From contig JAADHC010000006.1 in NCBI GenBank assembly GCA_013152085.1, positions 2,372 through 66,371 on the forward strand: 64,000 nucleotides of DNA, in the 5' to 3' direction. This document shows, piece by piece, positions 48,017-57,628 of this stretch. The translations under genes were made by a program, and so were the position numbers. Each line of letters starts with the position of its first letter. Within the stretch, counting starts at the first letter, position 1. Source of the stretch: Chlorobiota bacterium (GTDB taxonomy: Bacteria; Bacteroidota; Bacteroidia; Bacteroidales; VadinHA17). Below the pieces are notes generated by a model that made no database searches, was not told the origin of the DNA, and saw only the letters and a list, made by a program, of their open reading frames with translations.

Positions 48017-48490
48017 ATGAGTGGAGTTTCATACATTACCGAGGGAGGGTTACGCAAGCTGCGGGAAGAGTTGGACCACCTTACGCGTGTGGAGCGGCCT
48101 GCTATTTCACGGCAGATTGCCGAGGCACGGGAAAAGGGAGATCTGTCGGAGAATGCCGAATATGTTGCAGCCAAGGAAGCCCAGGGGATGCTGGAGATGA
48201 AAATTGCCAGATTGGAGGAAATCATCCTCAGTTCAAGGGTTATTGACGAATCAAGAATTGATACTACAAGTGTCCAGATCCTCAATAAAGTGAAAATCAA
48301 AAATATAAATACGGGGCAGGTGATGGAATATACCCTGGTATCAGAAACCGAAGCCGACCTGAAAAGTGGCAAACTCTCCGTTAAAACACCTATCGGGAAA
48401 GCCCTTATTGGTAAAAAAGTGGGCGATAAAGCTGAAGCACAGGTCCCCAACGGGAATATTGCATTTGAGATACTCGATATTTCAAAATAA
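48017..48490 (+). CDS. greA: Transcription elongation factor GreA
   Basis: 157 aa. ...AREKGDLSENAEYVAAKEAQ coiled-coil finger plus the C-terminal FKBP-like domain. Confidence 0.95.
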   Translation: MSGVSYITEGGLRKLREELDHLTRVERPAISRQIAEAREKGDLSENAEYVAAKEAQGMLEMKIARLEEIILSSRVIDESRIDTTSVQILNKVKIKNINTGQVMEYTLVSETEADLKSGKLSVKTPIGKALIGKKVGDKAEAQVPNGNIAFEILDISK

Positions 48491-48501
48491 ATACCCATGC
48501 C

Positions 48502-48897
48502 ATGAGTACGATCTTTAGCAAAATTGCCAAAGGAGAGATTCCTTCGTATAAAATTTACGAGGATGATCACTACTATGCTTTTCTGGATATTAATCCGCTG
48601 GCCAAAGGACATACGCTGGTGATTCCCCGGCAGGAAACCGATTATTTATTTGATCTGGAAGATGACCTGCTGGCCGGAATGATGGTGTTTGCCAAAAAGA
48701 TTGCCCTGGCTATTGAAAAAACGGTTTCCTGCAAACGGATCGGGGTTGCAGTCCTGGGGCTTGAAGTTCCGCATGCCCATATTCACCTGATTCCGATAAA
48801 CAGCGAGGCAGACATCAGCTTTTCCAATCCGAAACTGAAGTTGTCTCCTGTGGAGTTTGAAGAAATTGCCGCCGGAATCCGTAAACATCTTTCCTGA
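48502..48897 (+). CDS. HIT family (histidine triad) protein
   Basis: 131 aa. IFSKIAKGEIPSYKIYEDD start and HAHIHLIP triad. Confidence 0.9.
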   Translation: MSTIFSKIAKGEIPSYKIYEDDHYYAFLDINPLAKGHTLVIPRQETDYLFDLEDDLLAGMMVFAKKIALAIEKTVSCKRIGVAVLGLEVPHAHIHLIPINSEADISFSNPKLKLSPVEFEEIAAGIRKHLS

Positions 48898-48982
48898 ATG
48901 TTTTATTCCGGTATTCAGGAATTAACGAATTGTAATATGTATTATAATACATAATTATATAGTTGCGTGCCGATATACCGGA

Positions 48983-49534
48983 TTATTCGGAGACCCTTCC
49001 CTTATTTTTCTGAATAAAATCTTTCCAGCTTTTAAAGGAAGATGGGATATTCAGGTTTTGATTCTGGTAGTAATGACACAGGGCGGCAGCAAGGGCATCG
49101 CTGGCATCTAACTGTGGCGGCATTTCACGGATATTCAGTAAGGACATCAACATGGCTGCGACCTGTTCCTTTGAGGCATTTCCTTTCCCGGTAATGGCCA
49201 GTTTTATTTTTCTGGGGGCATACTCAAAGATAGGGATATCACGATGCAGGGCTGCAGCGATGGCGGCGCCCTGAGCGCGACCCAGTTTCAGCATCGATTG
49301 CACGTTTTTTCCGTAGAAAGGTGCTTCAATAGCCAGTTCGTCAGGATGATAGGATTCGATCAGTGAAAGTGACCGGTCGAAAATACGTTTGAGTTTAAGG
49401 AAATGGGTTGATTCTTTTCTCAGGTCAATAACGCCTATCGAGAGCACCTGCAAATGGTTATCCCTCGCTTCCAGGACGCCATAACCGGTAAATGTTGTTC
49501 CGGGATCAATCCCCAATATGATTCTCTCTTCCAA
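48983..49534 (-). CDS. ruvC: Crossover junction endodeoxyribonuclease RuvC
   Basis: 183 aa. ILGIDPGTTFTGYGV, EAPFYGKNVQS and DASDALAAALCH motifs. Confidence 0.93.
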   Translation of the reverse strand: MEERIILGIDPGTTFTGYGVLEARDNHLQVLSIGVIDLRKESTHFLKLKRIFDRSLSLIESYHPDELAIEAPFYGKNVQSMLKLGRAQGAAIAAALHRDIPIFEYAPRKIKLAITGKGNASKEQVAAMLMSLLNIREMPPQLDASDALAAALCHYYQNQNLNIPSSFKSWKDFIQKNKGRVSE

Positions 49535-49545
49535 ATCAGTCAGAT

Positions 49546-50820
49546 TTATAAAGCTCCGATTTCCAGCCGCAGGCCGGTATAATACGGAACCGGCATATTT
49601 GGCATTACCGCTTTTTTAAATGCAGGGAAAGTTCCGTTTTCAATATAATAGATCGCATCCGATAAGCGGTCTTCCCTTCTGTCACTGAAATCATATTTCA
49701 GTCCGTCAGCTACAATATCATCGGCGGGCAATCCGTCATAATAATCACTTTCCCCGTCAGCATTGACCATTCTGAAACTTACCGGGACAAAGGCGTAATT
49801 ATTATAGAGCCAGGTATGCATACCAACGGGTTTTCCATAGGTATTATCTCCGATTAATACTTCATTCATATAAGGTTTTAAACCGCTGATCAGTGATTCA
49901 CTGGCGGAAGCGCTGCCCCTGCTGGTAAGGAAAATGACCGAATTCAGTGAAAGGGCATAAGGTTCATTGGTAAAATTCAGATTTACATCGTACTGGGACA
50001 TTTTATAAGTATGACTGAATTTAATAAATATCCGGCCTGTATTGGAAGAACCTGCGATCAGTGAGGCCAGTTTGTTTGCCACATCAAGATCACCGCCACC
50101 ATTATATCGCAGGTCAACAATCAGACGGTCGGCATCTACAGATTTAAAAAAGGAAAAAGCGCTGTCCAGTTCTGCAATGGCAGGTTCGACAAATGTCTGA
50201 AAAACCAGGTGTCCCACAGTGTGTCCTGCTACATGCAACGTGTCTGCAACCAGGACTGCATTCATTGAAACCGTATCTTTTATAACGGTCAGTTCCGTTT
50301 GTACAGTGTCGGGTTTGATAAAAGTAAACGTCCGGGAGAGGCCGGCAACATCTTCACCCATCAACGGAGAGAGATTGGTAAAGGGTTGGAGCGGCGTACC
50401 GTTAACAGCGGTAATTTGCCACCCGCGGCGTACACCTTTGGTATAAAGCTCGGAGTCTTTAAAAACAAAAGCGATGTAGATGTTCCCGCTTTCATCATAA
50501 CTATAACCAAATCCGAATCCCACATATTCGCCGGCTTTGAAATAGCTTTGAAATGCCTGAACGGTAGTAATAAAACTCCATTTATCGAGAGGTTTATAAC
50601 GCAGGGCTTCGAGCAATTCTTCCGGAGAATGATAATCATTCAGATTTACATCCGGCATCTTGTCATACCATAGGTACCAGTCTTTCATGATATTGTAAAA
50701 TTCATCCCTGGCTTTTTCAGCTTCGGTCGGTTCGGGTGCCGGATTGTTCTTTTTACACGAAGCAAAAACCACTGTAAGGATGATAAGTAACAAAATGTTC
50801 AAAAGTTTCCGGTTACGCAT
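49546..50820 (-). CDS. S41 family peptidase lipoprotein
   Basis: Start placed at MRNRKLLNILL (424 aa) with lipobox FASC. DLRYNGGGD and SRGSASASE (Ser nucleophile region). Confidence 0.8.
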   Translation of the reverse strand: MRNRKLLNILLLIILTVVFASCKKNNPAPEPTEAEKARDEFYNIMKDWYLWYDKMPDVNLNDYHSPEELLEALRYKPLDKWSFITTVQAFQSYFKAGEYVGFGFGYSYDESGNIYIAFVFKDSELYTKGVRRGWQITAVNGTPLQPFTNLSPLMGEDVAGLSRTFTFIKPDTVQTELTVIKDTVSMNAVLVADTLHVAGHTVGHLVFQTFVEPAIAELDSAFSFFKSVDADRLIVDLRYNGGGDLDVANKLASLIAGSSNTGRIFIKFSHTYKMSQYDVNLNFTNEPYALSLNSVIFLTSRGSASASESLISGLKPYMNEVLIGDNTYGKPVGMHTWLYNNYAFVPVSFRMVNADGESDYYDGLPADDIVADGLKYDFSDRREDRLSDAIYYIENGTFPAFKKAVMPNMPVPYYTGLRLEIGAL

Positions 50821-51712
50821 TGTTTTTCTTTTTAGAAATAAATGAAACATTTTGAATAAAAATGCCGGTAAGAATCAGCAATAATCCTGCCAGTGTGGTT
50901 ATATAGATTTTTTCACCTGCAAAGTAATGAAGAAAAACCAGAGAAAGAAATGGTGCAAGGAATACCAGGTTGCTTACAGAAGCAGTAGTTGTGGCATGGC
51001 GGAGCGCTTTAAGCCAGAAAAAGAAAGTAAATCCCATTTCAAAAAAGCCGGTATAAATCCCGGCGGCAAATCCCTGCCACGGGGGTATTTTCATTCGATT
51101 TAAGATCAACATATAGATAAAAATGTATATCAGGGCAAACAGGAAGTTGGTCAATAATTTAATTTCTTCCTGCCGGGGATCACGGATATTGGCAATCCAG
51201 AAAAACGACCAGATCACCGAGCTTCCGGTAGCCAGGATAATGCCCAGTGTATCCGATTTTTCAGGATGAAAAAAGCTGCCCTGCGAAGCAATCCAAACGA
51301 CACCCAGAAAACTGACCAGCAGGGCCAATATATTTCTTATCCGGATTTTTTGTTTCAGGAACGGCGCTGCAAGGAAAACCAGGACAATGGGCCAGATCAT
51401 ATTCAGCGGTTGGGCAACTTGTCCGGGAAGCCGCTTGTAGGCACCAAAAAGTATCAGGTAATACAGAAAAGGATTTAACAGGCCAAGAAGTGCCGACGAC
51501 AAAAGTGAGGTATGGGATTGTGCCAATAACAGCTTTAGCTTCCCGTTTATGATGATAATGAAAAGGAGCGCAATAACTGATCCGGTAGTTGCCCAAAACA
51601 GCAGTTCTGCCGGGGAAACATATCGAAGGCCTAGCTTAAACACAGTGGCTACCGTTGACCAGAAGAAAACGGCGGCCATAGCGTAAACATATGAGACCTT
51701 TTGGGTTTTCAT
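50813..51712 (-). CDS. DMT superfamily (EamA-like) transporter
   Basis: Start placed at MKTQKVSYVYAMA (299 aa). Ten hydrophobic segments forming two EamA-like halves. Confidence 0.8.
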   Translation of the reverse strand: MKTQKVSYVYAMAAVFFWSTVATVFKLGLRYVSPAELLFWATTGSVIALLFIIIINGKLKLLLAQSHTSLLSSALLGLLNPFLYYLILFGAYKRLPGQVAQPLNMIWPIVLVFLAAPFLKQKIRIRNILALLVSFLGVVWIASQGSFFHPEKSDTLGIILATGSSVIWSFFWIANIRDPRQEEIKLLTNFLFALIYIFIYMLILNRMKIPPWQGFAAGIYTGFFEMGFTFFFWLKALRHATTTASVSNLVFLAPFLSLVFLHYFAGEKIYITTLAGLLLILTGIFIQNVSFISKKKNNA

Positions 51713-52035
51713 GCCGGGGATATAGATACAATATGTCAAAGTAACGGAATATCATTGAAAAATATTTACCCGGAGGTATTATATATTGCTCCTGTAAATA
51801 GATAAAACGGGGATTCCGTTTCTTTTGTTAAAACTACTTATGCTATTCCGGGCGGATGGAGTATTCCTGTTGTAAACGGCCGGGATACGCTTCGGGCCAT
51901 CCGTATTCAGGGATTCGGAATTTCGGATGATCCCGGAACACCGGCATTGCCGGTACAGAACGATTTGGTAATTATCCCGTTGTATTTCCTGCGGATCTTT
52001 ATTACAGTTGTTTTGATGGTGCGGCGAAAGATCAA

Positions 52036-53310
52036 TCAGTCGATGATAGCAAACCCGGTATATGGAATCAATACTTCCGGGATTCGAATTCCTTTTTCCG
52101 TCTGTTTGTTTTCCAAAAGCGCAGCAATAATCCTGGGGAGTGCCAGCGCACTGCCGTTAAGTGTATGGGCAAGTCGGGTTTTTCTGGAATTATTGTCACG
52201 GAAACGTAATTTCAGGCGGTTGGCCTGGTAGGATCCGAAGTTCGAGACTGAGCTTACCTCCAGCCATTTTTTCTGAGCTGCGGCAAATACCTCAAAATCA
52301 TAGGTTAGGGCAGAGGTGAAAGAAATATCCCCTCCGCAGAGCTTTACAATCCGGTAGGGCAGTTCGAGTTTGCGGACGAGGGATTCAACATGGTTGATCA
52401 TTTCCTCCAGTGCAGCATAAGAGTTTTCAGGTTTTTCTATGCGGACAATTTCCACCTTGTCAAACTGGTGAACGCGGTTGAGTCCGCGGACGTCTTTGCC
52501 ATACGATCCGGCTTCGCGCCTGAAACAGGGCGTATATGCCGTTGCCTTTACCGGAAGTTTGGTTTCCTCCAGGATTTGATCACGATAGAGATTGGTTACG
52601 GGAACCTCGGCAGTGGGGATCAGGTAAAAATTCTCTGAAGGGATAGTATACATCTGTCCCTCCTTGTCAGGGAGCTGGCCGGTAGCATAGGCAGAAGCCT
52701 CATTAACCATCAAAGGAGGAATGATTTCGTAATATCCGGCTTTTTCGGCTTCATCCAAAAAGAAAGTAATCAATGCACGTACCAGACGTGCTCCTTTACC
52801 CATGAACACCGGGAACCCGGCCCCGGTCAGGGTGTTTCCCAGCTCAAAATCCAGAATCCCGTAACGGGTACCCAGCTCCCAGTGTGGAAGGGAATTCCCA
52901 TGCAGGGAAGGAAGATCTCCGCCCCTGCGTATTTCCCGGTTGTCTTCGGCCCCTTTTCCCTCCGGAACATCGGGATGCGGAACATTCGGGATCCGGATCA
53001 GCAGATCATGAATTTTATCTTCGGTTTCCAGCAGTTCCTGCTGAAGTTGTTTAATCTCATCTTTTAATGTTCCGACCTGCCTCCGTCCAGCTTCGGCTTC
53101 ATCTTTTTTCCCGGTCCGGAACAGCCTGCCGATTTCTTTGGATGTTTTATTCAACAGGGACAGTTTCCCGTCATTTTCAGTCTGTATGCTGCGACGATAT
53201 TGATCGAGTTCGAGAATTTCGTTAATCAGGGTTTCAGCATCGAAGTTTTTAATTTTCAGCCGTTCAACCGCTTCGTTTTTATGATTTCTCAGATATTGCA
53301 GTGTAAGCAT
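52036..53310 (-). CDS. serS: Serine--tRNA ligase
   Basis: Start placed at MLTLQYLRNHKNE (424 aa). N-terminal coiled-coil arm and class II motifs (TAEVPV, CFRREAGS, GSALALPR). The ORF-track start at 53436 overlaps rpmA and passes through its terminator. Confidence 0.93.
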   Translation of the reverse strand: MLTLQYLRNHKNEAVERLKIKNFDAETLINEILELDQYRRSIQTENDGKLSLLNKTSKEIGRLFRTGKKDEAEAGRRQVGTLKDEIKQLQQELLETEDKIHDLLIRIPNVPHPDVPEGKGAEDNREIRRGGDLPSLHGNSLPHWELGTRYGILDFELGNTLTGAGFPVFMGKGARLVRALITFFLDEAEKAGYYEIIPPLMVNEASAYATGQLPDKEGQMYTIPSENFYLIPTAEVPVTNLYRDQILEETKLPVKATAYTPCFRREAGSYGKDVRGLNRVHQFDKVEIVRIEKPENSYAALEEMINHVESLVRKLELPYRIVKLCGGDISFTSALTYDFEVFAAAQKKWLEVSSVSNFGSYQANRLKLRFRDNNSRKTRLAHTLNGSALALPRIIAALLENKQTEKGIRIPEVLIPYTGFAIID

Positions 53311-53353
53311 GGGGGTAAGGGTTATTTTTTGATGTAAACCGGCAGGAAAAGAT

Positions 53354-53399
53354 AAAAAAAATCCTGAAACTTTTGCTCTTCGGAGCCAAGAATCAGGAT
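53354..53399 (-). terminator. Rho-independent terminator after rpmA
   Basis: The minus strand has ATCCTGA...(GCTC-cgaa-GAGC)...TCAGGAT followed by TTTTTTT. Confidence 0.8.
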
Positions 53400-53419
53400 C
53401 AACGATGCGATAGAAGACG

Positions 53420-53686
53420 TTATTTTGATTCCTCAACCGGCTTCACCGATACATAGGACCTATGGTCTTTTTTCTTTTTGAATACGATAAAACCATCGGT
53501 TAAGGCAAATAACGTATGATCTTTACCGATGCCGACATTCAGACCGGGATGATGACGAGTACCTCTTTGTCTGATAATAATATTTCCGGCTTTGGCAAAT
53601 TGTCCGCCAAAAAGTTTGACTCCGAGTCTTTTGCTTTCCGATTCACGTCCGTTTCTTGAACTTCCGGCTCCTTTCTTGTGTGCCAT
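53420..53686 (-). CDS. rpmA: 50S ribosomal protein L27
   Basis: 88 aa. Starts [24 protein letters not shown]. Confidence 0.97.
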   Translation of the reverse strand: MAHKKGAGSSRNGRESESKRLGVKLFGGQFAKAGNIIIRQRGTRHHPGLNVGIGKDHTLFALTDGFIVFKKKKDHRSYVSVKPVEESK

Positions 53687-53710
53687 GGCGTAAACGTTTT
53701 ATGATGAATA

Positions 53711-54331
53711 TTATGATTCTTTTGTTTTCTTTTTAGCGGTGGTTTTTGTTCCCGGTTTTTCAGCTTTCACCTCTTTTTTTTCTTTACCGGCTGTTGTTTT
53801 TGTTCCGGCAGGTTTTGTCTTTACCGTAGTGGTTTTTGTTGTGGCAGGTTTGGCTGTAGTTTTCGTTTTGGTTCCTCCTTTAGCCTCAGTTTCTTTGGAA
53901 GGTTTAGCAGAGGTTGTTTTGGGTTTCTGTGCGGCAGCAGTCTTTTTTACCGTGGAGGTCGTGGCTGCAGTGGCTTTCTTTTCAGCAGATTCGGTGACTT
54001 TCTCTTTGGCAGCAGCCACTTTTTCCTCTATGGTGTTGATGACAATCTCAGTGAAATACTGCCGATGACCATTCAATACCTGATATCCTTTTCTTCTTTT
54101 CTTTTTGAAAACCTTTACTTTATCCCCTTTCAGGTGAGATAAAACCGTTGCAGAAACCCTGGCATTACTGATCAACGGCGTGCCGATTTTCACCTTGCCT
54201 TCATTGTCAATGAGCAGAACTTTATCAAGGAATATTTTATTCCCTTCTTTTTCGTCCAGCCGGTGAACAAAAAGCTTCGAATCTTTTTCAACCTTAAATT
54301 GCTGTCCTGCAACCTCTACAATAGCAAACAT
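53711..54331 (-). CDS. rplU: 50S ribosomal protein L21 with ~100-aa Lys/Thr/Ala-rich C-terminal extension
   Basis: Start placed at MFAIVEVAGQQFKVEK (206 aa). The canonical L21 fold ends at about aa 104. The remainder is a low-complexity basic tail. Confidence 0.9.
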   Translation of the reverse strand: MFAIVEVAGQQFKVEKDSKLFVHRLDEKEGNKIFLDKVLLIDNEGKVKIGTPLISNARVSATVLSHLKGDKVKVFKKKRRKGYQVLNGHRQYFTEIVINTIEEKVAAAKEKVTESAEKKATAATTSTVKKTAAAQKPKTTSAKPSKETEAKGGTKTKTTAKPATTKTTTVKTKPAGTKTTAGKEKKEVKAEKPGTKTTAKKKTKES

Positions 54332-54365
54332 CCTGTTGTGATTTAATGTTTTATAAAACGGACTG

Positions 54366-54395
54366 CAAAAATATAAATTTTCATTGACATACAAA
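54366..54395 (-). promoter_or_regulatory. Candidate Bacteroidota promoter for rplU-rpmA (-33 TTTG / -7 TATTTTTG)
   Basis: The minus strand has TTTG, an 18-nt spacer, then TATTTTTG, ending 35 nt before the rplU ATG. Confidence 0.45.
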
Positions 54396-54510
54396 CATTT
54401 TGGTGATTATTTTACTCATACGATTCGTCTGTAGTAAAAATTTAAGTAATTGGCGATTCCTGCAGTAAGGAGTTTGATCCGGGAATGTTTTACAAAACGG
54501 AAAAATCTCT

Positions 54511-54539
54511 TTTGCATCCTGCCGAAATGTGTATATTTG
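54511..54539 (+). promoter_or_regulatory. Candidate promoter for the bifunctional nuclease gene (-33 TTTG / -7 TATATTTG)
   Basis: TTTG, a 17-nt spacer, then TATATTTG, ending 38 nt before the ATG at 54577. Confidence 0.4.
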
Positions 54540-54576
54540 TATTCATACAAAGAGACGAAACCTCTTTTTTACTGAT

Positions 54577-55188
54577 ATGGCGAAAATTAGGCTAAATGTT
54601 CTCGGAATTTCATACAGTCAGACCCAATCGGGAGCTTATGCACTTGTACTGACCGAGGAAGAAGGAGACAGGCGGATACCGATCATTATCGGTGGATTTG
54701 AGGCTCAGGCCATCGCGATACAACTGGAAGGGTTACAACCACCGAGACCATTGACGCATGATCTGTTTCACAATTTTGCTAAGGCTTTTAACATCAAGCT
54801 TTTGGAGGTTACCATCCATAAGCTGGAGGAGGGCGTTTTTTACAGTAAGTTACTCTGTGACAACGGGGGAAAGCAGCTGGTAATCGATGCAAGGACTTCT
54901 GATGCCATTGCCCTGGCTTTACGTTTTAAATGCCCGATTTACACTACAGAGGAAATTATGGCAAAGGCGGGGATTATACTTGATCTGGAAGAGGCAGAAG
55001 AAGAGTTGGATAGCATTATTGATGAAAATGTTGAGCATCCCGGACCTGCCGAAGCAAATCCTTATAAAGAAATGACTTTACGCGAACTTAAAGAATTGTT
55101 AAGCCAGTCAATACGTACCGAGAATTATGAAAAAGCCTCACAGATCAGGGATGAGATCAAACGGAGGGAACAGCAGAGTAAAAAATAA
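54577..55188 (+). CDS. Bifunctional nuclease family protein (DUF151) with C-terminal UVR motif
   Basis: Start placed at MAKIRLNVLGISYSQ (203 aa). RIPIIIGGFEAQAIA...RPLTHDL core and a C-terminal YEKASQIRDEI UVR-like helix. Confidence 0.85.
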   Translation: MAKIRLNVLGISYSQTQSGAYALVLTEEEGDRRIPIIIGGFEAQAIAIQLEGLQPPRPLTHDLFHNFAKAFNIKLLEVTIHKLEEGVFYSKLLCDNGGKQLVIDARTSDAIALALRFKCPIYTTEEIMAKAGIILDLEEAEEELDSIIDENVEHPGPAEANPYKEMTLRELKELLSQSIRTENYEKASQIRDEIKRREQQSKK

Positions 55189-56704
55189 TCATCTGCGTTC
55201 TGTAATCATAAGCTTTGTCTTTATTTTATTTTTAAACCCCGGAACAGCCTTCGCCGGCATACAGGTTCCTGTTGCCGATACCGTTACCGCTGTTTCGGAT
55301 ACCGGATCTGCCATCCGGCAGGATAATATCGTACCCGCTGAAAATGAAACCCCGTCCGGATTGGTTGAAGGAAGCAGTAACCAGGTTGTTCCCGTTGATA
55401 TGGGTGGCGGATTTTCCCTGGTAACGCTTTTGCGGGGATTATTGGGTATGGTTGTGCTGATCTTTATTACCTGGCTTTTCAGCACCAACCGGAAAGCCGT
55501 ATCCTGGCGGGTTGTCATCACAGGTTTGATTATCCAGGTTTCTCTGGCTGTTGGTATCTTGTACGTCCCGTTTATCCGTGTTTCCTTTGAGTTTGTCGGG
55601 AAGATTTTTGTAAAAATCCTCGATTTTACCGGTGCCGGCAGTGAATTCCTTTTTGGAAGTCTGGTGGATCCGTCCAAGTTCGGAAGCATTTTTGCTTTTC
55701 AGATTTTACCTACCATTATATTCTTTTCGGCCCTGACGTCACTTCTTTTTTATTGGGGGGTTATCCAGATTATTGTTTACGGATTGGCATGGTTGCTGAC
55801 CAAAGCGCTGCAACTTTCCGGAGCGGAAAGCCTGTCGGTAGCCGGGAATATTTTTCTGGGACAGACGGAGTCACCATTAATGATTAAGGAATATATTCCT
55901 TTTATGAATAAATCGGAGATTTTGCTTGTAATGATCGGTGGGATGGCCACCCTGGCCGGCGGAGTACTGGCGGCCTATATCGGATTCCTCGGCGGGGCGG
56001 ATCCGGCCCAGCGGCTTATTTTTGCGAAACATCTGTTGGCTGCATCCGTAATGGCTGCCCCCGGTGCGGTCATTGTTTCAAAAATCCTGGTACCTCAAAC
56101 CGAATCTGTCAATACCGATGTTGAAATTACTAAGGAAAAAGTCGGTTCAAATGTACTGGATGCCATATCTAACGGGACTATTCAGGGGTTAAAACTGGCT
56201 GCCAATGTTGCTGCCATGCTCCTTGTTTTTCTCGCTTTTATCGCCATGATCAATTATATCCTGCTAAAGTTCGGGCAGTGGAGCTCTGTAAACCAGTGGG
56301 TTGAACATGTTACGCATGCCCGTTATCATGCATTATCCCTGCAGTTTTTGCTGGGCTATCTGCTCTCTCCTCTGATGTGGCTTATCGGTGTGGCTAAACA
56401 AGACATTACCCTGGTCGGGCAGTTGCTGGGTGAAAAAATTATTATGACCGAATTTATCGGGTATATCAGCCTGGCACATCTTAAGGAAGCCGGTGCATTT
56501 TTTTCACCCAAGTCGATTATCATGGCGACCTATATGTTGTGTGGTTTTGCCAATTTTGCTTCGATTGGCATTCAAATCGGAGGCATCGGATCACTGGCCC
56601 CCACGAAGCGGTCCCTGCTTGCACGTTACGGGATGCGTGCCCTGCTGGGCGGAACGATTGCTTCCCTGCTTTCAGCCACAATTATCGGAATGATCCTGGG
56701 TTAA
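55127..56704 (+). CDS. NupC/CNT family nucleoside transporter (start uncertain)
   Basis: The conserved CNT core runs from ...LLRGLLGMVVLIFITWLFS to the C-terminus. The longest ORF start overlaps the upstream gene by 62 nt. The alternative ATG at 55400 gives a typical ~434-aa protein. Confidence 0.8.
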   Translation: MKKPHRSGMRSNGGNSRVKNNHLRSVIISFVFILFLNPGTAFAGIQVPVADTVTAVSDTGSAIRQDNIVPAENETPSGLVEGSSNQVVPVDMGGGFSLVTLLRGLLGMVVLIFITWLFSTNRKAVSWRVVITGLIIQVSLAVGILYVPFIRVSFEFVGKIFVKILDFTGAGSEFLFGSLVDPSKFGSIFAFQILPTIIFFSALTSLLFYWGVIQIIVYGLAWLLTKALQLSGAESLSVAGNIFLGQTESPLMIKEYIPFMNKSEILLVMIGGMATLAGGVLAAYIGFLGGADPAQRLIFAKHLLAASVMAAPGAVIVSKILVPQTESVNTDVEITKEKVGSNVLDAISNGTIQGLKLAANVAAMLLVFLAFIAMINYILLKFGQWSSVNQWVEHVTHARYHALSLQFLLGYLLSPLMWLIGVAKQDITLVGQLLGEKIIMTEFIGYISLAHLKEAGAFFSPKSIIMATYMLCGFANFASIGIQIGGIGSLAPTKRSLLARYGMRALLGGTIASLLSATIIGMILG

Positions 56705-56743
56705 TGAGAAAAAACATACCGGGGAAATTAAAAGTTTAAACGT

Positions 56744-57628
56744 ATGAAACTGGCGAATATTCTTCTTGATGGTGCGGAAGTTGCTGTAATCATTGAGGGG
56801 AATCGAAGTTTTCCTCTTTCCAGGGTAAACCATTTCCGGAATACCGGTTTTCCGGAACATGTAATATCATTGATCCGTGAGGATAAATTGATTGGTTTAT
56901 CGGAATGGTTCCGTTCACAGGTCGAATCCCGGGATTTTATACGGGAATGTTCGCTGAAAACAGGATCATTAACATTTTTGCCTCCGTTTTATTCTCCGGA
57001 AAAGATCTGGGGTATCGGATTGAACTATGCCGGGCATGCCCTGGATCTAAAAGCGAAACAACCGGACCGGTACCCTGCCGGTTTTAATAAGCCGCCTACG
57101 ACCATCATTGGCCATAACGAAACGATTATTGTCCCGGAATTATCAGGCCGCACTACTGCCGAAGCTGAGTTAGGCATCATCATTGGCAGGGAAGCCAGAA
57201 ATATCAAACCTGAAAAATGGAAACAATATGTTGCCGGTTTTGTTCCGGTGATTGATGTGACTTCACTGGATATCCTGAAACTGAATCCACGCTATCTGTC
57301 CCTTTCAAAAAGTTTTGATACTTTTTTTAGTTTCGGCCCCGTTATGATTACACCGGAGGAATTTGAAGATATTGGTAAACTAAAGGTGGCTACCTGGCAT
57401 AACGGTGAGGAGATTGCTTCAAACACGGTGGATCACATGAGATTCTCCCCGGCTTTCCTGGTTGGTTTTATGTCACGGATTTTTACCATGAAACCGGGAG
57501 ATATCATTTCTACAGGTACTCCGGGTGCGGCAGAAATTAAGGATGGCGATATTGTCGAAGCGAAAATTTCCGGATTTCCCGTTTTAAAGAATGATATAAA
57601 AAGCGTTTATCATGGATCTGAAACTTAA
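56744..57628 (+). CDS. Fumarylacetoacetate hydrolase (FAH) family protein
   Basis: 294 aa. GLNYAGH, ELGIIIG and C-terminal GDIISTGTPGA motifs. Confidence 0.85.
   Translation: MKLANILLDGAEVAVIIEGNRSFPLSRVNHFRNTGFPEHVISLIREDKLIGLSEWFRSQVESRDFIRECSLKTGSLTFLPPFYSPEKIWGIGLNYAGHALDLKAKQPDRYPAGFNKPPTTIIGHNETIIVPELSGRTTAEAELGIIIGREARNIKPEKWKQYVAGFVPVIDVTSLDILKLNPRYLSLSKSFDTFFSFGPVMITPEEFEDIGKLKVATWHNGEEIASNTVDHMRFSPAFLVGFMSRIFTMKPGDIISTGTPGAAEIKDGDIVEAKISGFPVLKNDIKSVYHGSET

Noticed and set aside
48936-48953. 18-bp AT-only palindrome TATGTATTATAATACATA between the HIT and ruvC genes.
   Set aside because: It is low-complexity AT sequence in an AT-rich spacer. Such palindromes arise easily by chance and have weak pairing energy.
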